DNA of 64,000 bases. Source: an uncultured delta proteobacterium. Its GTDB lineage: Bacteria > Desulfobacterota > Desulfobacteria > Desulfobacterales > JAFDCJ01. The position numbers and the translations under genes are program-made. Below the pieces are notes generated by a model. The model searched no databases. It had not been told where the DNA came from and worked only from the letters and a program-made list of their open reading frames with translations. The stretch covers positions 37,301-101,300 of the forward strand of contig CAVYNY010000004.1 in assembly GCA_963769935.1 (NCBI GenBank), given 5' to 3'. Below, piece by piece: positions 31,607 to 40,759 of the stretch. Within the stretch, counting starts at the first letter, position 1. Every line of letters begins with the position of its first letter.

Positions 31607-32724
31607 TCAATCAATCTCGGAATCAAAAAAAATATTTCCATTATAATCAAAGATTACACTGTGAATCTTTAAATCGGAACCTGCGAAAATCTGAGCAGCC
31701 TTAACGATTCGGCGGCCCACATGAAAAATAACCTGCGGATACTGTTTTCGAATCAGATCGAATGCCTGCCGCGCCGTGTTGGCGGCGAAAACCGTTTCTG
31801 AAAGCTTTTCGTCATTGGTAATTTCACGCGTCCACTCGGCAAGTTTGTTCATGGTCAGTTCTGATTTGGCGGCATGGGTGTGGGCAACACCCTGGGCCAT
31901 TTTCAAAGCCTTGCCGAAAAAAACAGCCAGCGTAATTTGGTCGATGCCGCCTTTTTTCTAGCCGCTGCCAGCGATGCCTTAAAAAAATCGCCTATCTGAA
32001 TAAAGGCCTCCTGCGGCAAATGCGGCCAATGCGTCTGGGCAAAACGTTCGCTGCGGCGTCCGGTGGTCAGGACCACCCGGTTGCATCCCGTAGCATGGGC
32101 GACCGACAGGGCGGATTCGATGGCAGCGATAAATGCATCGTGGGACATGGGGCGGACGATCCCGGTGGTTCCCAGTATCGATATGCCGTCCAGGATCCCC
32201 AGCCTGGCATTCAATGTTTTTTCAGCCAGTTTTTTACCCTGCGGCACGAATATTTCGGCGCTTACGGCAAAATACTTACCGTTGACGCCCAGCACATCTT
32301 CTATGGCGCCGGCAATCATTTTGCGGGGGCCGGGATTTATTGCCGGTTGGCCGGGTTCAACTTCCAGTCCCGGTTTGGTGACACGACCGACGCCTTCGCC
32401 GCCGCTGATTATTATCGGCGAATCGCTACCCGGTCCCCGTCCGGCTCGGTGCTTCTCGAGTGTCACCCGGGCGCCGATTTCGGCTTTGTGGGTAACATCC
32501 GGGTCGTCACCGGCATCCTTGATGACACTGCATACCGCCCTGCCCTTCTTCTCCAGACGGCACATGTGAATCGGAATAAGAATGTCATCCCCGGTCAACA
32601 ACCGAATCCGCACATCGGAAGGCGGCCGGCCTTCCAAAATCAAGCGCAGCGCCCCCTTGGTGGCGGCCGCCGCCGCGGTTCCGGTCGTAAATCCCGTGCG
32701 CAGTTTTTTTTTCACCAGTCCCAA
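31607..32724 (-). CDS. cbiD: Cobalt-precorrin-5B C1-methyltransferase, one frameshift at ~31950
   Basis: LRTGFTTGTAAAAA, KDAGDDPDVTH, GVGRVTKPGL, AINPGPR, GISILGTTGIVRP; continues as FGKALKMAQG...HTH. Confidence 0.92.
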
Positions 32725-32731
32725 TCCCGGC

Positions 32732-33787
32732 TTAGGCGATCAAATAATAGATCAGTCCCACGATGATAATGCTCAACACGCGAAATCCCTGTCCCATGAA
32801 TAAAATCTGGGCACCCATTTTGGGCGAAAAAATACCGATATAGCGCGGCAACTGGTGGCGCAGGGCGCGCACGGGAAAGGCCAGAATATTTCCGGCCAGC
32901 AGGGCAACGACCGTCTGCTTGGCGGTCAGAACGCCGGCCTGCAGCAATGCGCCGGCGGCGGCAAAACCGGAGGTAAATTCAGCGGCAAAACTTAAAATAA
33001 TTACCGACAGGGATTCCATCGGCATAAAGGTTGTAACGACAAAACCGGTCAGAGCGTCGCGCAGCAGCTTGAACATCCCCATGGCGTTCAGCACAAAGAC
33101 AATTATATAGATGGGGAGGACAAATACCGTAATTCCGGAAACCCGTCCGGGCAGGCGTGAGATAATCCGTTGCCAGACTGTTTTAAAGCTTGCGGCCTTG
33201 CTTGACCCGGTTGGCAAAGCGGCCTCCTGCACCTTGCCGTCGGTGGCCGGCAATCGGAAATGACCGTAAACCAGAAATAGAATCGTCCGCAAAACAACTG
33301 CCAGGAAAGTCATCAAAAAATATAGCCCGCCGGCCAGACCGGTTAGGGGGACAACAATAAAAAATGTGGTCGGCAAATGCAAAAAGAAAGCCGGCAGTTG
33401 ATTGATAAAATTCGTCAAATACAACTGGCTGCGTGTTATTTGTCCTTCTTGAAAGAATTCCCACAGCATGGCATTGGAGCTGACACCGGAGAAAAAGGCA
33501 GCTGTAAATGCTGCACTGCAATGGTTTCCAAGACGACCGAAGCGGAACATCGGCCGCGCCACCACGGCCAGGGTCTTGGTCCACCCCGTCGCCTCGATGA
33601 TCTGTCCGACAAGAAGCCCGATTGTGATTAGAAGCATCAACCGGATCAGGGGCCATATAAGTCTGGCTGCGATTTGATGCACCTTAATTTCAGGGATCAG
33701 GATCAGACCGGCAGTGAGCATGATGCCGGAAACAGTCAGGGAAACAAGCAAAGAACGGTAAGTCGTTTTATCCTTTTGTGGGGTCAT
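32732..33787 (-). CDS. Polytopic membrane protein, nucleoside-recognition (Gate) domain-like
   Basis: Many hydrophobic helices in two internally similar halves (AFFSGVSSNAML; PAFFLHLP / RALRHQLP); overlaps the cbiL stop. Confidence 0.6.
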   Translation of the reverse strand: MTPQKDKTTYRSLLVSLTVSGIMLTAGLILIPEIKVHQIAARLIWPLIRLMLLITIGLLVGQIIEATGWTKTLAVVARPMFRFGRLGNHCSAAFTAAFFSGVSSNAMLWEFFQEGQITRSQLYLTNFINQLPAFFLHLPTTFFIVVPLTGLAGGLYFLMTFLAVVLRTILFLVYGHFRLPATDGKVQEAALPTGSSKAASFKTVWQRIISRLPGRVSGITVFVLPIYIIVFVLNAMGMFKLLRDALTGFVVTTFMPMESLSVIILSFAAEFTSGFAAAGALLQAGVLTAKQTVVALLAGNILAFPVRALRHQLPRYIGIFSPKMGAQILFMGQGFRVLSIIIVGLIYYLIA

Positions 33788-34505
33788 TATTTGAATTTTG
33801 TTTTGCAATGATTAAGGTCCAGTAGTCCGGCGTTCTTCTGCTCAACTCTTCGATATCCGGAACAATTTCTTCATTCGGCTGACCGCAGTTTTTGACGCCC
33901 ACACAGCTTGCGTACACCCCGTTTTCCTCAATGGCGCCTCTGATGTCTTTAACATTGCGATACGCCTTTAAAAAGACGATGTTTTCCGGTTTGACAGTCA
34001 GTGCCCGCAACCGGTCGCCGCCGTTGGCACCGGAAACAACCATGAGTGATTCTTCGCCTTCCACCAGCGGTGAGTTCAACCTTGCAGCAGCAGCCTGGTA
34101 GGAAGTAATTCCCGGAACGGTATGGATCATTATATGCGGTGCCAGCGCCTGAACAGAGCGCGCAATGTAGCCAAAGGTGGAGTATGTCAGGGAATCCCCC
34201 AGGGTTAAAAACGCCGCATTTTTGCCTGCTTCGAGCTCCTCAATGATTATCCGGGCATTGGCAAGCCAGGCCTTGCGGGTTTGCTCCTTGTCGCGCGTCA
34301 TGGGGAAGCGCAGCATTTTCACCGCCGTGTCCTGCGGGATGTGCCGCCTGGCAATGTTCACCGCCAGACTGTGATGGTTTTTGGTGGATGCAGCGGCAAA
34401 AACAGTTTTTACCCGGCCCAGAATTTTTACAGCCTTGAGTGTGATCAAATCAGGGTCACCAGGCCCCACACCGATTCCAAAAAGGGTTCCGGTCTTTTTA
34501 CTCAT
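33768..34505 (-). CDS. cbiL: Cobalt-precorrin-2 C20-methyltransferase
   Basis: GIGVGPGDPDLITLKA, FPMTRD, FLTLGDSLTYSTF, VPGITS. Confidence 0.93.
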   Translation of the reverse strand: MSKKTGTLFGIGVGPGDPDLITLKAVKILGRVKTVFAAASTKNHHSLAVNIARRHIPQDTAVKMLRFPMTRDKEQTRKAWLANARIIIEELEAGKNAAFLTLGDSLTYSTFGYIARSVQALAPHIMIHTVPGITSYQAAAARLNSPLVEGEESLMVVSGANGGDRLRALTVKPENIVFLKAYRNVKDIRGAIEENGVYASCVGVKNCGQPNEEIVPDIEELSRRTPDYWTLIIAKQNSNNDPTKG

Positions 34506-34514
34506 GATGTCCTC

Positions 34515-34785
34515 GATAACCGTTGGGTTCGTTAGGATCGTCCCGGTTAAACAAAAGACAAAAAGGTTTAACGGGATAAATTTGGTTCGTTTAATTCGTT
34601 GAGATCGTTAAGATGGCTCGGTTCGTTAGGAACGTTTAGGCGCTCAGCGGCGCTCGAAACCCCTGCAAATGATTTTGCCTCAAACCTCCGCCCTCCAACC
34701 GCATGCCTTTAGCCTTACACCCTAACCTTATACCTTAATTATACCTTACCCTATGCCCTATCCTCTATGCGCTTTGCCCTACGCC
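34515..34785. repeat. Composite spacer: CGTTGAGAT-type 9-mer array with a 36-bp palindromic insert, plus CCTTATA/CCCTATG heptamer array
   Basis: cccggttaaacaaaagacaaaaaggtttaacggg at ~34542-34575; a reverse-complement copy lies at ~58070-58123. Confidence 0.75.
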
Positions 34786-35402
34786 CCCTGCTCTTGGCCG
34801 GCCAGTATCCCCAGCGCATTGACCACGCTGGCCGCCACGTTGGAACCGCCTTTGCGGCCTACATTGGAAATATAGGGATATCCTGTTTCAATCAAAGCGG
34901 CCTTAGATTCGGCGGCATTCACAAAACCCACCGGCAAGCCGACAATCAGGGCCGGCCGGGCTTTTTGGGCATTGACCAGTTCAATCAGACGCAGTAAAGC
35001 CGTGGGCGCGTTGCCGACGACATAAATGCCGTCCGCCATATCCGCCCCCGCCATATCCACGGCAGCTCTGGCGCGGGTGGTGCCGTTTGTTTTCGCTTTG
35101 GCATGGATCAGGGGGTCATTCATATAGCATTTCACCGCCACACCGAAATAAGCCAGATCTTTTGTTCGAATCCCGGCCCGGGCCATGTTGGTATCGGTAA
35201 TAACCATCTTGCCCTGCCGGATTGCTCCGATTCCCGCCGCTATGGCTGCGGGATGGAATCGGACCATTTCTTTGAATTCAAAATCGGCCGTGGTGTGGAT
35301 CATGCGTCGAACGATGCACCACTCCTGCTCACTGAAATGGTGGGTGCCGGCCTCGCGGTCAATTATCTCAAAACTTGTGCGCTCAATTTCGTCAGGTTTC
35401 AT
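34779..35402 (-). CDS. cbiC: Cobalt-precorrin-8 methylmutase
   Basis: IERTSFEII, RRMIHTTADF, VGNAPTAL, PVGFVNAAESK, GRKGGSNVAA. Confidence 0.96.
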   Translation of the reverse strand: MKPDEIERTSFEIIDREAGTHHFSEQEWCIVRRMIHTTADFEFKEMVRFHPAAIAAGIGAIRQGKMVITDTNMARAGIRTKDLAYFGVAVKCYMNDPLIHAKAKTNGTTRARAAVDMAGADMADGIYVVGNAPTALLRLIELVNAQKARPALIVGLPVGFVNAAESKAALIETGYPYISNVGRKGGSNVAASVVNALGILAGQEQGA

Positions 35403-36783
35403 TAATTTTACCCTTTCTGAGGCGGTAATCCAGGCAATGGTTCACAAACTGACCGGCGGCCGCCGGTTGGCTGCCGAAATGCAGGTGATTGTAGCTTCCC
35501 AGAGTGTTTTCAACTACATAACCTTCCGGCGGTTTAACCATCCCGGCTCTATCCGAAATTCGATACGCAGTTGCTACCTGCGGCGATAATCGGATGAGTT
35601 CCGAATAATGGAATTCATGCCCCCGAATGGTCAAACCGGCGTTACCGAGAACGGTATCGCGGCTCAGGGTAATTTCACGATAGCCGAGCGCTTTCAGGCG
35701 CGGAAACATTCTGGCGGCAAACGGGAAGCAGCCGGTCATCGGATAACACCTGCCGCCGTGATCGATCAATTCCTTGCACAGGTACATGAAGCCGCCGCAT
35801 TCGCCGTAAATCGGCATGCCGAGCCGGCTTTGAGCTTTGATCCGTGCGCGCAGCGTCTTATTCTCAGCCAACTTTTCGGAAAATAGTTCCGGATATCCAC
35901 CGCCTAGATAGACTCCATCAATATCGCGCGGCAGATCATTGTCCGTTATCGGTGAAAAGTTTACGATTTCAGCCCCCTGTTTCTCAAGCAATTCAAGGTT
36001 GTCCGGGTAATAAAAGCAGAAGGCCTTGTCCCGGGCCACTGCGATGCGCACGGCTTGCCTGCCCAAATTCGGCGATGCCTCGATTTGCTCCGGCATTTTC
36101 AATTCATTCAAATTGTTCAGCAGCACATCCAGATCGATGTTTTGGTCAATAAGGTCGGCCAGACGTCCGACGGCATCCCGGTCAAGCGGGTGATCTTCGG
36201 CCGTAACCAGACCCAGGTGTCTTTCCGGCATTTCCAGATCCGCCCGGCGGACAATTCCTCCCAGACAGGGCATTTTGGTTCTTTCCCGAACGGCTTCCTG
36301 CAAATATTGCAAGTGCCGGCTGCTGCCCAGATTGTTGAATATAATGCCGGCAAAGAGCAGGTCCGGATCGAAATGCTCGAACCCCATGACAAGCGCGGCG
36401 GCACTGCGGGCCATGCTTGCGGCATCCACCACCAAAATCACCGGCAACCCCAGCCATTTGGCCATCTGGGCGGTTGATCCAAGCTCCGATTTTCCGTCGT
36501 AACCGTCATAAAGCCCCATGACGCCTTCGACAACGGCCATGTCCGCATCCGCCAGACTCCGGTCAAAGCACTGTAAATTATAGTTTTTCGACAGCATCCA
36601 ACCGTCCAGATTTCTGCTCTGACGGCCGGCAATTCGGGTGTGATGGCCGGGATCGATGAAATCAGGACCGACCTTGAACGGGGCAACTTTTAAACCGCGT
36701 CGGGTCAACGCCGCCAGGAATCCCAGGGTCACAGTCGTTTTACCGCAGCCGCTTTGGGTGCCGGCTATGACGAAACCTTTTAT
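35392..36783 (-). CDS. cbiA: Cobyrinate a,c-diamide synthase; apparent non-canonical ATA start
   Basis: (I)KGFVIAGTQSGCGKTT P-loop lies upstream of the first canonical start; FKVGPDFID, EGVMGLYDG, ERHLGL, GECGG, GHEFHYS. Confidence 0.94.
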   Translation of the reverse strand: MKGFVIAGTQSGCGKTTVTLGFLAALTRRGLKVAPFKVGPDFIDPGHHTRIAGRQSRNLDGWMLSKNYNLQCFDRSLADADMAVVEGVMGLYDGYDGKSELGSTAQMAKWLGLPVILVVDAASMARSAAALVMGFEHFDPDLLFAGIIFNNLGSSRHLQYLQEAVRERTKMPCLGGIVRRADLEMPERHLGLVTAEDHPLDRDAVGRLADLIDQNIDLDVLLNNLNELKMPEQIEASPNLGRQAVRIAVARDKAFCFYYPDNLELLEKQGAEIVNFSPITDNDLPRDIDGVYLGGGYPELFSEKLAENKTLRARIKAQSRLGMPIYGECGGFMYLCKELIDHGGRCYPMTGCFPFAARMFPRLKALGYREITLSRDTVLGNAGLTIRGHEFHYSELIRLSPQVATAYRISDRAGMVKPPEGYVVENTLGSYNHLHFGSQPAAAGQFVNHCLDYRLRKGKINET

Positions 36784-36815
36784 AATTGCCTCCTTGCCCG
36801 GATAAACGGAATAAT

Positions 36816-36900
36816 AAGTGCTGAGTGCTGAGGACTGCGTCTAAGGAAAGTCGGTCGATGGAACCATCGACAAGCTCAGTCCTCGCTACTCAGTCCTGAT
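36816..36900. repeat. Inverted heptamer arms (GTGCTGA/GGACTGA ... CTCAGTC)
   Basis: Sister copy with the same arms but a different middle at 57436-57526. Confidence 0.75.
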
Positions 36901-36912
36901 ATATGTCTTTTC

Positions 36913-37908
36913 TTAAAAGCCTTTGGCCCGCCTTAAAATGTCGGCCGCTTCGTTATCGAATTCATCCGGATAAAGAATCCGGCCGATGCGATAGATTCCG
37001 TCCAACAATCGCATGGTCGGCCGCGACACGATTTGTTCTTCGATGATGTATATTTGATTATGCATCACGGCTTTGATGACCTGAAAACCGGGTTCATCTT
37101 TAATCATCGAAACCGTCGGACGGTTCATGGCGCCGTACTGGGCCAGGAACACGTCAATCTCCGATGCATGGGATAGGATGCGCTCTTTGCCGTAATAGGC
37201 GATGTTGGTGTTTCTGACCGATTCGGCATCCGCGGCGATATTAATGCCGCCGGCGGTTTCCAGGGCAAATATGGCCATGGAATCGGGCGCAAAGGTTTTC
37301 ATCTTGCTGTGAACGGCTTCAAAATAAACCCGCTTTTTTTTGAATCGGGCATCCGCTAAATCTTTTAAATCGGAAATTACACTTTTAAAGCGGTTGATCA
37401 GCCTGAAGGCCCGATCCCCTTTGCCGGTCAGAATACCCAGAATTTCCCAATAGGTGTACATTTCGTCAACGGTTGCGGGTTGAAGTGACACGACGGTGGC
37501 CCCTGTCTGTTCAAGCATTGACACAAATTTTGGATATCCCCGATCGATCATCGGTCGAACCAAAACCAGATCCGGTCGGGCCGCAATGAATTTTTCGGGG
37601 TCATCGTGATAGGAAAACACCGGTTTGGACACGGCCTGCAACGGAAAATCCTCGTGCGGCGAAACCCCGATAATTTCATCCATCAGACCGAGAGAAAACA
37701 GGTTTTCGGTATGAGCGCCGTACAGTGAGATAATGCGCTTAAAAGGTTTGCTGACGACGATGCTGCGGCCCGCCTGGTCCACGATGGTGCGCGAATTCAG
37801 GATCGCAAGCCGCCCGCCGGCAGTATCGGCGAAAGCTGCGGTGGGCCATGCCGGCCAAATCAGCAATGCCAGCATCAGAAAAAGTTGGGTACGTGCCATA
37901 AGATTCAT
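36913..37908 (-). CDS. btuF: Corrinoid/iron-chelate ABC transporter substrate-binding protein
   Basis: Signal peptide, DQAGR, RIISL...TENLF, PDLVL, SRPTMRL; downstream of a B12 riboswitch. Confidence 0.75.
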   Translation of the reverse strand: MNLMARTQLFLMLALLIWPAWPTAAFADTAGGRLAILNSRTIVDQAGRSIVVSKPFKRIISLYGAHTENLFSLGLMDEIIGVSPHEDFPLQAVSKPVFSYHDDPEKFIAARPDLVLVRPMIDRGYPKFVSMLEQTGATVVSLQPATVDEMYTYWEILGILTGKGDRAFRLINRFKSVISDLKDLADARFKKKRVYFEAVHSKMKTFAPDSMAIFALETAGGINIAADAESVRNTNIAYYGKERILSHASEIDVFLAQYGAMNRPTVSMIKDEPGFQVIKAVMHNQIYIIEEQIVSRPTMRLLDGIYRIGRILYPDEFDNEAADILRRAKGF

Positions 37909-37954
37909 TCGTCGCTTGGCGGCTCCTATCCGGCAAAATGTTGTTGGAAAATCA

Positions 37955-38208
37955 AGGTTTCAGGTGTCAGCAGCTATAAAATATCAATTAACACTTTCCA
38001 AATCCCAAACTTGTCTTCGTCATGGGTTGAAGTTAATGCCTGGTGGGAGTGGTTTCCAACCACGAAATTGATGGTCGCCCGACCGAGTTCATCGCGGTTG
38101 GAAACCGCTCCCACAACATCTTAAAACTTTTCTCAGGTCCCAAATAAGTTTCGTTTTCGATCAAACCGGCCGCTCCGCGACCAGCGACGCCGCTGACACC
38201 TGAAACCT
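37955..38208. mobile_element. 254-bp MITE-like composite element with perfect 17-bp terminal inverted repeats and an internal REP doublet
   Basis: AGGTTTCAGGTGTCAGC (37955-37971) / GCTGACACCTGAAACCT (38192-38208); GTGGGAGTGGTTTCCAACCACGA...ATCGCGGTTGGAAACCGCTCCCAC at 38043-38114. Confidence 0.75.
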
Positions 38209-38232
38209 GAATCCTACTTCATCCGGGTCAAG

Positions 38233-39006
38233 CTACCTGCGAAATACTACCTGCAGGGAATTGCAATAGTCTTCAAAATAAACCTTCGCATCCACTTCAA
38301 AAACCGAGCGCAGCGTATGTTGATTTAAGATTTCACGGGCCGGGCCGTGGGTTACGATCCGGCCCCTGGACATAAATACCAGATAGTCACAGTAGGCGGC
38401 GGCCAGGTTTATATCCTGCAGGACGGCGATAACGGTTTTCCCCGCCGCTTGAACACCGTCGGCAGCGATATTCAAAAGTCTGAGCGTATAATTTATATCC
38501 AGGTTGGAGGTGGCTTCATCCAGAATCAACACCGGCGTATTCTGGGCCAGGGCTCGGGCAAAAACGACCCTTTGCCGTTCCCCTCCGCTGAGTTCGGTGA
38601 CATAGCGGTCGGCAAATTCAACAATCCTGCTTTTTTCCATTACCGCATTGACGATCTCCCAATCCTCGACAGCGGGCGTGGCGAACCGCGAAATGTGGGG
38701 ATACCGCCCCATCATAACGATCTCTTTCACGGTAAAGGGAAAGTTAATGTAAAAATTTTGCGGCACCAGAGCAATCTCCCGGGACAGTTCAAATTTTGAA
38801 TAGGCTGCAAGCCTTTTGCCCCTGTAATTTATTCTTCCATCTGTCGGTTGCCGGTGATTGATCAGCAGGTCCAGGATGGTGGTTTTGCCGCTGCCGTTGG
38901 GGCCAATGATACCGTAAAATTTTGCCGGCACAAGATTGATGGAAACATCGTCAATCACTTTCTTGTCCGAATAGAAAAATGTAATGCCGTCCAATTCAAA
39001 AGGCAT
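38233..39006 (-). CDS. btuD: ABC transporter ATP-binding protein (BtuD/FepC family)
   Basis: GPNGSGKTT, ALVPQ, MGRYPH, LSGGERQRV, LDEATSNLD. Confidence 0.8.
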   Translation of the reverse strand: MPFELDGITFFYSDKKVIDDVSINLVPAKFYGIIGPNGSGKTTILDLLINHRQPTDGRINYRGKRLAAYSKFELSREIALVPQNFYINFPFTVKEIVMMGRYPHISRFATPAVEDWEIVNAVMEKSRIVEFADRYVTELSGGERQRVVFARALAQNTPVLILDEATSNLDINYTLRLLNIAADGVQAAGKTVIAVLQDINLAAAYCDYLVFMSRGRIVTHGPAREILNQHTLRSVFEVDAKVYFEDYCNSLQVVFRR

Positions 39007-39008
39007 GG

Positions 39009-40090
39009 TTATAAGATCTTTCGTGCTTTCTGCTGCCTGCGAAACAGGTAGCAAAAAAACGGTCCGCCGATTAGGGCCGTCAAAACGCCGATCGGTATTT
39101 CGGTCGGTAAAACAGCCCGCGTGATCGTGTCGGCAGCCAGCAGCAAAATAGCACCTGCCAGCAGCGAAATCGGGACGAGCCGCCGGTTGTCGGGGCCGGT
39201 GAGCAAGCGCATCATATGCGGCACCAGCAGCCCCACAAAGCCGATAATCCCCGATACGGATACACAGACGGCTCCAACCAGTGAAGCGGTTATCAGCAGG
39301 ACCATGGTAACCTTGCGGGTATCGACCCCAGTGAGGATGCCGTTCGATTTCCCAGGGATATCAGATTCATATCCCGCGCGAAAAATATAGCAAGCAACAG
39401 GCCGAGAGCGACAAAAAATAACGTAAGTCCCACATCCGTCCAAGTTTTGGAGCCAAAACTGCCCATCAACCAGAAGATGATGACCGAAACCTGCTCATCG
39501 GCAATGTATTTTAAAAAACTGATGCCGGCCGATAAAATTGCCGCAACAATGATGCCGGAAAGAATCAGGTTGTTTGAGGAAAATCCTCCGCTGGAAGAAG
39601 AAAGGTAGATCACAAAAAGCAGCGTCGCAGCGGCCCCCAGGAAAGCAAACAATGGCACTGAATACGTGCCCAGAAATCCAATATTCAATAAAATAGCCAA
39701 TGAAGCACCGAAAGCCGCTCCCGCCGATACTCCCAATGTATAGGGGTCGGCCAGGGGGTTTAATAAAATACCCTGGAAAACGACTCCGGAAACGGCCAAT
39801 CCGCCGCCTACGATGGCGGCCGATAAAATTCTGGGAAGACGCACATCCATCACAACGACGGAGATAATAGGTTCCAATCCTGCAAGAAAATCGGCCTTTC
39901 CGCTCAGCTTGGCCAGGATGACTTTTACCACCGCCGCGGCCGGCACTTTTATATATCCCATTCCGGTCGAGATAATGATCGCCGCAGTCATAACCACCGC
40001 CAGCAGCACAAGCTGAAGCAGCGTGGCTTCTTTCAATCTTTTTTTAAAGCCTCCGATTTGGTCTTTATTTTGAAAAAACATATGGCCCAT
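39009..40090 (-). CDS. btuC: ABC transporter permease (BtuC/FecCD family), one frameshift at ~39328
   Basis: RLPRI, NPLADPYTLGVSAGA, FWLMGS, then GIIGFVGLLVPH, EIPIGVLTALIGGPFF. Confidence 0.82.
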
Positions 40091-40100
40091 TTGCCGGAAT

Positions 40101-40136
40101 AAAAAAACCCTTCAAGCACTTGCGGCTTGAAGGGTT
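40101..40136 (-). terminator. Intrinsic terminator (riboswitch expression platform) before btuC
   Basis: AACCCTTCAAGC-loop-GCTTGAAGGGTT followed by a T run on the minus strand. Confidence 0.8.
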
Positions 40137-40204
40137 GCACCCAGTTTGCTTGGCCCTTATTTGTTATAGCCGATACCCGTCCCTACGCAGAGCTGCGGCA
40201 CATC

Positions 40205-40390
40205 ACCAAGGCAGGTCTTCTGGCTTACCCGCTCTCCCGGCAACCTTCCCATCCCGATGAGTCGAAACAGTGGCATCATGTGGCCAAGAGAGTTCTCTTT
40301 TCATCAAAGTGAAAAGAGCGGATTTACAGCGGCGGGACCGCTCCCGATTTTAACGGGATTCCCTATTAAGCGTGTGCACCTTGACGCAAT
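40205..40390 (-). ncRNA. Cobalamin riboswitch controlling the btu/cbi/cob operon
   Basis: Minus strand reads GGTGC...TTAATAGGGAATCCCG..AAATCGGGAGCGGTCCCGCCGCTGT...GCCACTG...GGGAAGGT...AGCCAGAAGACCTGCC (B12 box). Confidence 0.92.
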
Positions 40391-40416
40391 CACACATAAG
40401 TTAAAAAGCGGCATTC

Positions 40417-40458
40417 TGTCAAGAAAAACTTGACAAGCAGATGCAATTCATTTATTTC
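40417..40458. promoter_or_regulatory. Back-to-back sigma70 -35 hexamers for the two riboswitch leaders
   Basis: TGTCAA (40417-40422) and TTGACA (40430-40435) in TGTCAAGAAAAACTTGACA; the -10 boxes are imperfect. Confidence 0.55.
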
Positions 40459-40477
40459 TGCTCACAATTTATCAAAC

Positions 40478-40645
40478 AACCGATGGGTGCTGTTTCAGCT
40501 TAATAGGGAAACCGGTGCAAATCCGGTGCGGACCCGCCGCTGTGTTCGGGGACGAAAGCCGCAATACACCACTGGCTCGTTACCAAACGGGTTGGGAAGG
40601 TGCGGTTATTAGGTAGAGCCGAAAGTCAGAAGACCTGCCATTAGG
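40478..40645 (+). ncRNA. Cobalamin riboswitch controlling cobT
   Basis: GGTGC...TTAATAGGGAAACCGGTGCAAATCCGGTGCGGACCCGCCGCTGT...CCACTG...GGGAAGGT...AGTCAGAAGACCTGCC. Confidence 0.92.
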
Positions 40646-40666
40646 TTGCGGTTTGAAGAGACGGTA

Positions 40667-40704
40667 AATCTTCAGGCGTTTTATGCGCTTGGAGATTTTT
40701 TTTT
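40667..40704 (+). terminator. Intrinsic terminator before cobT
   Basis: AAATCTTCAGGCG-loop-CGCTTGGAGATTT plus T run. Confidence 0.7.
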
Positions 40705-40759
40705 GGGCACCAGCAGCAGCGCAAGCTGAAATTATAATATTCTACAGGAGGCATTGAAT

